This document shows, in pieces, positions 39,757 to 50,820 of a DNA stretch of 64,000 nucleotides. The first letter of the stretch is position 1. Every line of letters starts with the position of its first letter. Location: positions 17,670,001-17,734,000 of the forward strand of contig OX597817.1 of the NCBI GenBank assembly GCA_951406725.2, in the 5' to 3' direction. The stretch comes from Octopus vulgaris (taxonomy: Eukaryota). Under the pieces are notes generated by a model. The model saw only the letters and a program-made list of their open reading frames with translations. It had not been told where the DNA came from and searched no databases. The position numbers were made by a program, and so were the translations under genes.

Positions 39757-39963
39757 TTACTCTAAGCACAAGACCTGAAATTTTCCAGGAGGAGGCCAGT
39801 CAATAAGATCAACCCCAGTATGCAACTGGTTCTTAATTTATCGACCTGGAAAAGATGAAAGGCAAAGTCAACCTCAGAGGAATTTGAACTCAGAACGTAA
39901 AGACAGGTGAAATACTGCTAAGTATTCGCCCAGCGTACTAACGTTTCTGCTAGTTCGCTGCCT
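39757..39963 (-). mobile_element. SINE family B, older copy
   Basis: Reverse-complement similarity to 17403-17620. Confidence 0.7.
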
Positions 39964-40557
39964 TATTCACACATATTACATGCATGAAGATGTATATAAC
40001 ATATACACACATGGGCATACATTAGTTTTAAGAATAGGTAAAATGTATCCCTGTCATGAGAGGAAACTATGCAGTTCCAATGTATAGACAATTGGGCAAA
40101 TGCTTTCTATAATAGCCCTGAGCCAACCAAAGCCTTATGAGTGGATTTGGAAGACAAATTAAAAGAACTATTTGCATGCACGTGTGTGTATGTGATGCAC
40201 ATCAGTGTGAGCAAGAACATGCCTCTTGCTGTAGAAGAGATATATGGTAGCCTCACAATAGTAAGAGTAATTAGGATGGAGCTAGAGAGAGAATTAATGT
40301 GTCAAGGTTAGCCCTTAAAGTACAAGGTGAATAGAAGAGAGAAGGAATGACAGAAGAATGGGAAGGGTGGTAGGATAAGAGGATGCAAGAATGTATGGAA
40401 GGAAAGTGATATATAGGTTGAGATGGGATAGCAGTTGGGGATATATGTCTATACATACATGTACATACATATATCCACATATACATATACATAAATGTAT
40501 ACACAAAAGTGACGTATAGTATTATTTTAATACCTGCATGTGGCAAAACATATGTAC

Positions 40558-40590
<33 letters not shown>

Positions 40591-40594
<4 letters not shown>

Positions 40595-40706
40595 GCCATA
40601 TCACGTTGAAAGCACCGGTTCTCGTCTGATCACCGCAGTTAAGCAACGTCGAGCCTAGTCAGTACTTAGATGGGTGACCGCTTGGGAAACCTAGGTGCAG
40701 TAAGCA
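40591..40706 (+). rRNA. 5S rRNA-derived copy, near full length, 5' end eroded, no oligo-T terminator (probably a retropseudogene or SINE head)
   Basis: GCCATATCACGTTGAAAGCACCGGTTCTCGTCTGATCACCGCAGTTAAGCAACGTCGAGCCTAGTCAGTACTTAGATGGGTGACCGCTTGGGAAACCTAGGTGCAGTAAGCA matches the metazoan 5S pattern, including box A (AGTTAAGC) and box C (GATGGGTGACCG). Confidence 0.92.
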
Positions 40707-40715
40707 TAGCGCAAT

Positions 40716-40861
40716 GTTGGTGTTAGGAAGGGCATCCAGCCGTAGAAACACTGCCAAATCTGACTGGGCCTGATGAAGCCTTCCGGCTTCACAGACCCCA
40801 GTTAAACCGTCCAACCCATGCTAGCATGGAAAACGGACGCTAAATAATGATGATGATGATG
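40716..40861 (+). mobile_element. RTE-type 3' tail ending in (TGA)n, directly after the 5S copy
   Basis: TTAGGAAGGGCATCCAGCCGTAGAAAC...CCATGCTAGCATGGAAAACGGACGCTAAATAATGATGATG; same tail as at 38630-38856 and (minus) at the 3' end of the RTE at 5801-6450. Confidence 0.85.
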
Positions 40862-41402
40862 GTGTGTGTATGTGTGTAAAACATAGCTGTCACTTGCAAG
40901 CAGGTCTGAGTAGCCAAGAAGTACCATACATCATGAACAGACCTTTTAGCCTTTTCTTTACTGGTGCAGAGCATCAAAAATAAGATACACGGAGACAGGC
41001 AGTTGCACCAGCACTCAGTATTCAATTTCAATTGAGTAGACTAGAGAAATTTCACTGAAGTAACTTGTTCTAGGACACAATGTACTGCAAGTCCAAGAAA
41101 TGAAAGATACAACAGACTTCTTTCAGTTTCCAAGTACCAAATCCACTCACAAGACTTATAGTTGAAGACACTTGCCAAGGAGTCATGCTGTGGTATTGAA
41201 CTTGAAATCATGTGGTTGGGAAACAAATTTCCTATTACACATGTCTATATAGGTATATGGGCATACATTAGTTTTAAGAATAGGTAAAATGTATCCCTGT
41301 CATAAGAGGAAACTATGCAACTCCACTGTACAGACAATTGGGCAAATGCTTTCTATAATAGCCCTGAGCCAACCAAAGCTTTATGAGTGGATTTGGAAGG
41401 TA

Positions 41403-41771
41403 TACTCTTTTACTTGTTTCAGTCATTTGATTGTGGCCATGCTGGAGCACCGCCTTTAATCGAGCAACTCGACCCCAGAACTTATTCTTTGTAAGCCCAG
41501 TACTTATTCTATCAGTCTCTTTTGCCGAACCGCTAAGTGACAGGGACATTAACTCACCAGCATCAGTTGTCAAGCAATGCTAGGGGGACAAACACAGACA
41601 CACATATACGACGGGCTTCTTTCAGTTTCCATCTACCAAATCCACTCACAAGGCTTTGGTCGGCCCGAGGCTACAGTAGAAGACACTTACCCAAGGTGCC
41701 ACGCAGTGGGACTGAACCCGGAACCATGTGGTTGGTAAACAAGCTACTTAGCACACAGCCACTCCTGCGCC
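41403..41771 (-). mobile_element. SINE family A
   Basis: Full match to the family; internal microsatellite almost absent. Confidence 0.9.
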
Positions 41772-42829
41772 TACATACAAATATATGTACATACACATAT
41801 ATGAATGCTGACACTTTGCAAAATGAGTGCAGTGAAACTGATATTGTCATTCCTTGTTGATATTACAGACTGGTCGCTCTGCATTGGCAATGAGTAGCAG
41901 AATATAAAACCAATCCCTTACAGGAAAAGCAAATGAAGATTGGTAGGGCATCCAACAATAAAATCGCACCCTCAAAGCCCTAATTTCATCTAAGCCATGT
42001 AAAAGCAGATGTTAAACAGATGTAAAAAGTACATTCACTGACCTAATGAACAGCTCTCAGCTGCTCACTGATTTTGTTTTTCTAATTACGTATGATTTCT
42101 CTTCTTTGCAGGTAAATGTATAAAATTACATTTTTAGACTAGTTCATCATCATCATCGTTTAACGTCCGTTTTCCGCGCTAGCACGAGTTGGACAGTTCG
42201 ACCGGAGTCTGGGAAGCCAGGGCTGCACCAGGCTCCAGTCTGATCTGGCAGTGTTTCTACAGCTGGTTGTAACTTTAATTTTCATGAGACAACATAAAAA
42301 TCAGTGACAGATTAATCAATGGCCAATTAATCTGCAAAGTTCCATTAAGAAATAACTCAATTTTTGAGTTTTAATTAAAGGGTGAATAACAGTAAAGTGA
42401 TCTGGAAGATCATAGAAGTTTTAGAAAGGACAGAGGAAGTTATTAATTATTGATGTACAACCATTAGAGAGTTAAATTTTATGGATTTGTCACCATATTA
42501 CATAAAAAAAAAGAAGATTTTAGATATGACTGAAGAGTTCAAGAAAGAAGCCAATGGTTTCAAAAGCTAATAAAACCAAAACACTTAACCAGAATGAAAA
42601 AAGAAGTTTTTGTTATCAATATATGGTTTAACAAAAGCAAATTCTGCCAATTTTCCTATCTTAGGCAAATATATGTATGGCGCAACAGAACTGAAACACA
42701 AACGAGTTAGTATGAAGGGATGTTAGATAAGATGGTAGTTCAAATGGCTACATAATGGAAAATTACAGAGTTGATAAAAGCTTTGAATTGTGGTTAAACA
42801 GATCAATCAGTCATTGAAAATTTATGCCT

Positions 42830-43152
42830 TCATCATCATCTTCGTTTAGCGTCCGCTTTCCATGCTGGCATGGGTTGGACGGTGCAACTGGGGTCTGAGA
42901 AGCCAGAAGGCTGCGCCAGGCCCAGTCTGATCTGGCAATGTTTCTACGGCTGGATGCCCTTCCTAACGCCAACCACTCCATGAGTGTAGTGGGTGCTTTT
43001 TACATGCCAGGCGAGGCTGGCGAACGGCCACGATCAGAAGGTGCTTTTTACGTGCCACCGGCACGGAAGCCAGTCAGGGCGGCGCTGGCAACGGCCACGT
43101 TCGGATGGTTCTCTCATGTGCCACCGGCACTGGTATCACAGCTACAATTTCC
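42830..43152 (-). mobile_element. RTE-type 3' tail element
   Basis: Reverse complement of the 38626-38856 family. Confidence 0.8.
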
Positions 43153-44547
43153 ATTCATGTATCAGTGATATTAGCTAAAGGAGAGCTAACAAAATTTCAT
43201 TCATTTTGGATAATGTTAGAGTTATTATAAGTTAAATGATGTTTTATTACTCTGAATACAAAGCCAGTGTAGGCAACAGGAGCTACAGCTATTATTAACA
43301 TTGCTTCAATATTCAAATTTCAGTATTTGCATGGGTCAGGCAAAATTTGCTAAGGCAGATTTACTATGGTCAAATGCTCTTGTTCTCACCAATCCACACC
43401 TTTTTTCCCAAGTATGACAATTTACCTAGTTCTTTGAACACAATACAAAGTCACGCCTGTCTTCACAGAAAACTGTAAACAAATGACACTGCTTGTACGA
43501 TGATGATGATGTTTTGTTTACATTAGCATGCAATGTCAAGGCAGACCAAGATACACACAAGATAAAAATGTAACATTGCCCATGTGGTTCAAACACTACA
43601 CCTGCTTTAAACCAACCATATTAACCAATGTACCAAAGCAACACCAGATCTGTAACTACCCAAATTAAGAAACTTAACCTAAATAACTAAAACTATATAC
43701 TAGTGTCCTGTCAAAAAAGATTTCAATCCATGCAGTATCGAGGTTTGGTATTACATAAGTATCTAATATTGAAGATATGTATATGTGTGCAAACAGGCTC
43801 CAAGAACACTTGCAGAAAGCGAATGCAATGGGACAGAAAGCCATGTAGTTGCAAAATGAACTTGACCACATAGCCATGCCTGCACACACGTGTACGTGCA
43901 TGCAAATATATAGAGATGTACTCATCTGCAAATATAGATGCACATTTATTTACAATTATACACACACCTCAATTCTAAGAGGGACCCTCAGTGTTGACTT
44001 CAGCATTGTAGTGTGTTATGCAAGAGTTCCTCACTCACAAAAAATGGTAAGTTTGTGATGAAAAATAAAAATGATAATGGGGAAATTGCTCTAAGAGTAC
44101 TGTATCCACCCGCCTGTCAAAAGGTGAATGGCATTTCACTAGGGCACATCTTGTATCATTTGCACTTAGACTGTCTTTAATAAATATACTCCTTCAAGCA
44201 GCCTGCACGCCCCTTTATCTAGCGTCTTAATTCACTTTCTTTCTCATTCACACCTCCTCTTCTTGGTTCAATGCTCAGCCTGTTACTCATAAGATTTTGT
44301 GAGTGAGAAGTATGTATAAATCTATTGAAAATCTATAAACTGAAACAAATTAGGTACTTACAGCCTTATGACATAATCTAATATGTTTTCATATTGCATT
44401 CAGCATTAAAGATTAAATAGGTCAAAATAGCCCAGTTTGTATATTTTCAGAGTAACATTTATTCCAGACAAGTCAGTACAGCCGAGTCTATACCGTAAAA
44501 TAAGTACAATATGCAACAACTAGTTGCAATTTGTGATATTTCACTGA

Positions 44548-44775
44548 TTAACCCTTTCGTTACCAACCCGGCTGAAACCGGCTCTGGCTCTGAGTGCAAA
44601 TGTCTTGTTTCCATAAGTTTTGAATTAAAATTTTCCACCAAACCGTAGTCACAATTTATGTTCCTAACACCAGCTGAATGATAACCAAGTTATTTTACTA
44701 AATTCTTTGTCATATTTAAAGTAATTGAAAGAAATACAGAGCATCTCAAAATAAATACAGTAACGAAAGGGTTAA
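44548..44775. mobile_element. TTAA-flanked MITE, second subfamily
   Basis: Perfect TIR CCCTTTCGTTAC / GTAACGAAAGGG with TTAA TSD. Confidence 0.85.
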
Positions 44776-45107
44776 GCGTCTTTTCAAAAGGAACTAATAA
44801 TTTGATACTGCCCAAGAAATAAACTTTTTCTGTTATACAAGAATCCCTGGATAACATTTTGTACAATGAATTATCAAAAGAAACTGATGTTCAAGAACAT
44901 GATCAGCATCTTAGAGACTTAAAGGGATTCATTATTTGAAATTAGTATTAGTAAGTAAACAACTGAAATTCATTAGTCATTTTACCGTAACCTTGCTGAT
45001 GATCTCGACCCATCCAACGTTGATGCAATTCCAGTTCAGTCACACACATATTTCTATGAGTTGGATAAGTTATCACCTTAGTTTTTACATAGTGCAGTGT
45101 TAACATC

Positions 45108-45705
45108 TCCTTTACTTGTTTCAGTCAGTTGACTGCGGCCATGCTGGAGTACCGCCTTTAGTCGAGCAACTCGACCCCGGGACTTATTCTTTGCATGCCC
45201 AGTACTTATTCTATCGGTCTCTTTTGCCGAACCACTAAGTGACGGGGACATAAACACACCAGCATCGGTTGTCAAGCAATGCTAGGGGGGACAAACACAG
45301 ACACACAAACATCATCATCATCATCATTTAACGTCCGTTTTCCATGCTAGCATGGGTTGGACGGTTCGACCGGGGATCTAGGAAGCCAGAAGGCTGCCCC
45401 AGGCTCCGGTCTTATCTGACAATGTTTCTACAGCTGGATGCCCTTCCTAACGCCAACCACTCCGTGAGTGTAGTGGGTGCTTTTTACGTGCCACCTGCAC
45501 TGGAGCCAGGCATCGGCCACGGGCGGATTGGTGCATTCCGCCCATGGCCACAACGGGCTTCTTTCAGTTTCCATCTACCAAATCCACTCACAAGGCTTTG
45601 GTGGGCCCGAGGCTATAGTAGGAGACACTTGCCCAAGGTGCCACGCAGTGGGACTGAACCTGGAACCATGTGGTTGGTAAGCAAGCTACTTACCACACAG
45701 CCACA
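45108..45705 (-). mobile_element. SINE family A with an RTE-tail element inserted at ~45311-45550
   Basis: SINE halves flank CATCATCATTTAACGTCCGTTTTCCATGCTAGC... at the position of the internal microsatellite. Confidence 0.85.
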
Positions 45706-46192
45706 CCTCAGTGCTTTCTGTAATGTTATTAGATTATCACATTCATTGTATACAGTATATATTTCCAATATCATATAACCCACACAATCAGCTAACTTGG
45801 ATAACCGGCAGAACCAGATACTCATCATCTCTAACTAGTATGGTTTATCAAGTGTTAACTGTGTGAGTATAGTGGAAACCACCCACCCACATTTACTCAG
45901 GTTGTGCCTTGTTGGGGCCACCTTCTCACCTTCTCACCATCATCTATACTTTGCAGCTTCTACTGATCATTTTTCGTTTAACCCCTCTCCACATTTTCCC
46001 TATAATATATTAGTAGCCATGCAGAGATATCGCTGCAGGAACTTGCTTTGCACAGCTTTCTTTCTCTCATAGTAACCTCATCTTCTAGCATGAAACTGCC
46101 CCCCAACCTTCCAGGGTTTGTAGCACTGCAAAATGCAAGGCAACGTCAATGGAACAGACAGCACCAAAAAAAAAAAAAAAGCAGTGTAAAGA

Positions 46193-46570
46193 AGGCGCAG
46201 GAGTGGCTGTGTGGTAAGTAGCTTGCTAACCAACCACATGGTTCCGGGTTCAGTCCCACTGCGTGGCATCTTGGGCAAGTGTCTTCTGCTATAGCCCCAG
46301 GCCGACCAATGCCTTGTGAGTGGATTTGGTAGACGGAAACTGAAAGAAGCCTGTCGTATATATGTGTGTGTCTGTGTTTTTCCCCCTAGCATTGCTTGAC
46401 AACCGATGCTGGTGTGTTTACGTCCCCGTCACTTAGCAGTTCGGCAAAAAAGAGACCGATACAATAAGTACTGGGCTTACAAAAGAATAAGTCCCGGGGT
46501 CAATTTGCTCGACCAAAGGCGGTGCTCCAGCATGGCCGCAGTCAAATGACTGAAACAAGTAAAAGAGTAA
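46193..46570 (+). mobile_element. SINE family A
   Basis: Full match to the family. Confidence 0.9.
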
Positions 46571-47639
46571 GGGTATCCAGCTGTAAAATCCATGCCAAAG
46601 CAAACATTGGAGCTTGATGCAGGCCTTGGATACACAGGATCCAGTCGAAGTCCAATCCATGTCAGCATGGGACAGGGACAAACCCACCCACTGTACATAT
46701 ATTCGTATTACTTATTGCCATAAATGTACTCTACAATTTCTTGTACAGCTAAATATATTTCGATCTGCAGGAGACAATATTGAGCAACAGCTGTGTATTA
46801 AGGTGAAAACATTTCCACAGCTGTCCAATTGTCTCCCAAAAAGTCGAAATATATCTTTTCTTTAATGGCATGGTCATTTTGGAAAGTTCTCGATTCTTGA
46901 GACTTGCCACCAAGCCTTTCCTTAAGTAGAGATAATTTCAATAAATCAAGTATTTGTCTTTGTTCAAACACTGCCACAATCTACAGAGTTATTTCCCTTA
47001 GCTCATTATTGTCACACATATATATATATAGTACAAGAGACCATCAAGTACAAGTTTATAAGAGTGCAGTTCATGATCGACAGAACCAAAACGAAAAAAA
47101 GATCCAGCTGAAGCATTTGGTTAATTGACAGAAGCATCTTAATAAACTCACCATGCTAGTGGCTTCCCCTATGAGAACTTTGAGCAGAACTAAAAAACAA
47201 ACAGAAGTGATGGGCAGCTCTGCATATAAACACCAACCTGCTGACCATATCCCATTATTCACCTTATCACTGGGAGGTATGAGCAAAGACAGCCTTACTG
47301 TGCACCCTCACTTCTGCAAGAACCTCAGAACTATGGACATCTTATTCAAACTTAGCAATGGGAGTTTTCCACAGGATCTGTTCCTTCCCTTAAAGCTGTT
47401 ATGACCTAAAAGTAGTTGTCAGAACTTCTATGTGATGATGTGATCCCCAACATATCTCATTTCAAAAACATGAGACAACTATATCTAAGGGCATCATTGG
47501 CACACATTAGAACCTGCTAGAGCTACATCATTGTAGGAATTGTAGCCAGTATGGATAGGGCTGTTTGATCTTGGTTTGTATTTGTGACCATGGTTGCACT
47601 GAAACTGTTTTGCTGAATGGCCTGGTATCACAGCTATAT

Positions 47640-48048
47640 CACAATTCTACTATATGGCTCAAAAACCCGGACGTTATCAAAGCTTGAGAGGCGGTTGGAT
47701 GGAACCTACACTCGCCTCCTTATGAGAGCTCAAAATCTCTCGTGGAAGCGCCATCCAACCAAAATGCAAATATATGGGAAACTACCACCTGTGTCATCTC
47801 TTGTGAAAGGTAAGGGAGTCCAGTTTGCTGGACATTGTTGTAGAGCTGAAAAAGAGGTAATTTCTACTCTTTTCCTCTGGAAGCCATCTACTCGCAATAC
47901 CAGAGGGCGCACACTCTCCTACCTTGATGTAATCTCCAGGGATACAGGCATCCAGCAACAGGACCTCCGTAATGCCATGATGGACCGTGAAATCTGGCGT
48001 AGCATGGTAAATTCCATTGTCTCAACCACGGTCGAACAATGATGATGA
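47640..48048 (+). mobile_element. 5'-truncated RTE-like LINE 3' end (second family)
   Basis: ORF 47617-48042 peptide; (TGA)n tail; flanking direct repeat ATCACAGCTA. Confidence 0.85.
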
Positions 48049-48773
48049 TCACAGCTACAGCTACAATTTCCATTGTCGTCATCATCGTTTAGCGTCCGGT
48101 TCAACTGGGGTCTGGGAAGCCAGGAGGCTGCACCAGGCCCAGTCTGATCTGGCAATGATTCTACGGCTGGATGCCCTTCCTAACACCAACCACTCCATGA
48201 GTGTAGTGGGTGCTTTTTACGTGCCACCGGCACGGAGGCCAGGCAAGGCTGGTAACGGCCACGTTCGGATAGTTCTCTTATGTGCCACCGGCACTGGCTG
48301 TTCTTTGATATAGATATACAGCTGAACACGTTATTATACAAATTAGTTTCTCTTTGTCCTCAGTTGTTGTATGCTCTTTTGATCTGCTCATCCATGACCC
48401 GGCAGAACATGATAGCTATTTCATTTACAGTAGACCTGGCAGACATAATGGCTATTTAATTTACAGTGAAGTGAACTGGAGTAAAATGAAATCAAGTGTT
48501 TTGCTAAAGAGCATGTCACCTGGCACAGGAATTGAACCCACAATCTTTTGTGTTGAACACCCTGGTCATTCAACCTTGCACTTTCTCACACACACACACA
48601 CACAGCTTCTGGACAATTTTTCGCCTAACTTTACCTACAAGGAATTTATTAACATGAGGATATAGAAGAAAACTAGCAAAATTATATTATCAGCAACTTA
48701 ATTAGTCACCAATAATGTTTTAGATTCTAACAATTTAATAGTCAACTAGTAAACACACGCAGACATTATTTAC

Positions 48774-48858
48774 CTGGACATAGCAATATCTTGTGCTTGT
48801 TGAGGAGTGAGATGGAATATAAAGAATGTTTCTTGAAAACGACCAGTAGGTTTAGGGA
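48774..48858 (-). CDS. PIAS: PIAS exon, PINIT domain (VPKPTGRFQETFFIFHLTPQQAQDIAMSR)
   Basis: ttttgcag acceptor, AG|GTAAAT donor; RFQE..F.F.LTPQQ motif; phase 1/2. Confidence 0.93.
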
Positions 48859-49054
48859 CTGCAAAAGTTAAATAGAAAACAAAATATATCAAATAAAAGG
48901 TTAATAGAGAAATCAAAAGATGACAATTTAAAATATCAACTTTAAACCTCCAGTGCAAATACGCACATTTACAATAACACCTATTTACAAAAGACATTCT
49001 CCGTTTCTCTCAATCTGTCAGGCTTAAAATAAGAACCATTCTCATTTCATAATA

Positions 49055-49470
49055 TAAGGTTGTCCCAAAAGTTCGTAGAAAAAAATTATCAACCATCGCA
49101 CAAACAATAACACTGAGCACCTCTTCAAACTCCACCCATCTAACACCCGTGGACATATTTACAAAGTAAGAAAACAGCACAGCTCCCATGACTTCAGGAA
49201 ACATTTTTTCACGTTGAGAGTTGCTGAAGCGTGGAACAAACTGCCGGCATCGGTTGTTAGTTATCGGAGCACTGCATCCTTCAAGACTTCCATGCTTCCT
49301 GTGATTCGCCAACACTACACTTGATTTTCTCCCCTCCATACACACACAAGCATGTTCACTTTCCAGACATTTCTACATTACTGCATGTACTTTTTTTGTA
49401 GTTTTTGTTAGTACTTGGCGAGTAAAAATTCAATTTTCGCAAGTGTTTATGAACTTTTGGGACAACCTAA
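49055..49470. mobile_element. Tc1/mariner-type non-autonomous element
   Basis: TIRs TAAGGTTGTCCCAAAAGTTCGTA / TATGAACTTTTGGGACAACCTAA with TA on both sides. Confidence 0.75.
49082..49390 (+). mobile_element. CR1-type LINE 3' fragment inside a mariner-like MITE
   Basis: Same family as 3064-3633. Confidence 0.85.
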
Positions 49471-50688
49471 TAGAATGGTTAAGGGGAGCAGGGATAGTAA
49501 TCAATAAGTAATTCTAAAAATCTTAACTGTCTTCTCTGATGATCATTTTTCACATTCGATGCTCAGAATTTCTTATGTCTATTTTACTCTTCACATAGCT
49601 TTTTTAAGCTTATAGTATTGAAATATTTTGCACAAATCTAGTCAAGTACATAAAATTTCCTGCAGTTATTACTTTTTTTTCTTTGTTCAATTGGTTTCTC
49701 TTCAATCATCTTCAGTTGCCTTGCTCCTACATATATACATTTCCCTTAATTCAAAACTTGGAACCTTTATTTCCAATGTAAGGTTTCATGAATTTCAACC
49801 ACCATGTCACCATCCTGTAGTTAATTTCAACATAAATACTAATTTCATTAATGGTAGTCCTACTGTGCTGAAGAGTTACCAGTTTTGTGGATTAGATTTT
49901 CATAATATACATATAGTATTCATTTTACTAAATTTCTGGAGGAAAAGAAAAAACTGTAAAGACTAATTTGTGAAATTTAGACATTATTAGATTTCCTATA
50001 TATATATATTTAGATGTAAAAATTTTCTTGCACAACAGTTCATATCTTTTCAGTGATTCATTAGAATATGAAGATATTCAGGTAAAAACTAAATCAATGT
50101 AAAATAAAGACAAATAATTACATATCAAATTAGACTTCATAATGATGATATACTTAAAAGTCAAATATATCTCACATGAAACAAAGCAGGAAGCTTATTA
50201 AAAAACACTCATGAGCCATCTGTTACAAGATACTCAAAATAGTAGTTGCTATTAATGATGAATTCCAATCGGTAACTTCATATACACCTCCCAACTTTAT
50301 CTTTTAACGAAATCTATCAAGTTTCTATGCACATTTCTCTTTCAATAACAATATCTGGTACAGACATGTGACGATATCAATTGTTTATAAGTTAAAATTT
50401 ATCCCATAAAGACTTAAGCTAATAGAATTCGTATGCAAAGATTACATTAGTATACCTAAATTCAGATTTTTTAAATTAAAAAAGAATTATCCAGTATTAA
50501 GGCACAGCTTATATATTTATACTGAAATATTTTCTGTTTATCGAATGACCAAAGTAAAAATCAAAACACTTCACTTGAATTTTTTTTTTAATTTGAAGGG
50601 ATATAACTCTTCGTTAATATTGCTTAATGCTTAACTAGAGACAAAATACAGTATTTCAAACGGAATTTATTTTTCTTAGCATACGTAC

Positions 50689-50820
50689 CCAGACTAGTTG
50701 GTTTCAGAAGCTCTCCTAAAATGTCATAAAACGGTAGCCGTTTCAACCTCACATCTGGATGAACTGGTAATGAACTCACAGGACTTGAGTGATTGTGCTT
50801 ACTGCTAAAATCAATTGGAC
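50689..50820 (-). CDS. PIAS: PIAS exon: start of PINIT region (PIDFSSKHNHSSPVSSLPVHPDVRLKRLPFYDILGELLKPTSL)
   Basis: Polypyrimidine+CAG acceptor, donor GTACGT; PVHPDV..KxLPFYD..ELLKPTSL is the conserved PIAS pre-PINIT motif; phase 1/1. Confidence 0.93.

Noticed and set aside
40591-40706. Functional 5S rRNA locus
   Set aside because: Solitary, 5' nucleotides eroded into (TA)n, no T-run terminator, joined to a retroposon tail.
40770-40800. Hammerhead ribozyme (CTGATGA followed by a stem-loop)
   Set aside because: No GAAA after stem II, and other copies read CTGATGC; it is just a stem-loop in the RTE tail.
42094-42117. Polypyrimidine-CAG|GTAAAT motif
   Set aside because: On the plus strand, antisense to PIAS, with no supporting plus-strand gene.
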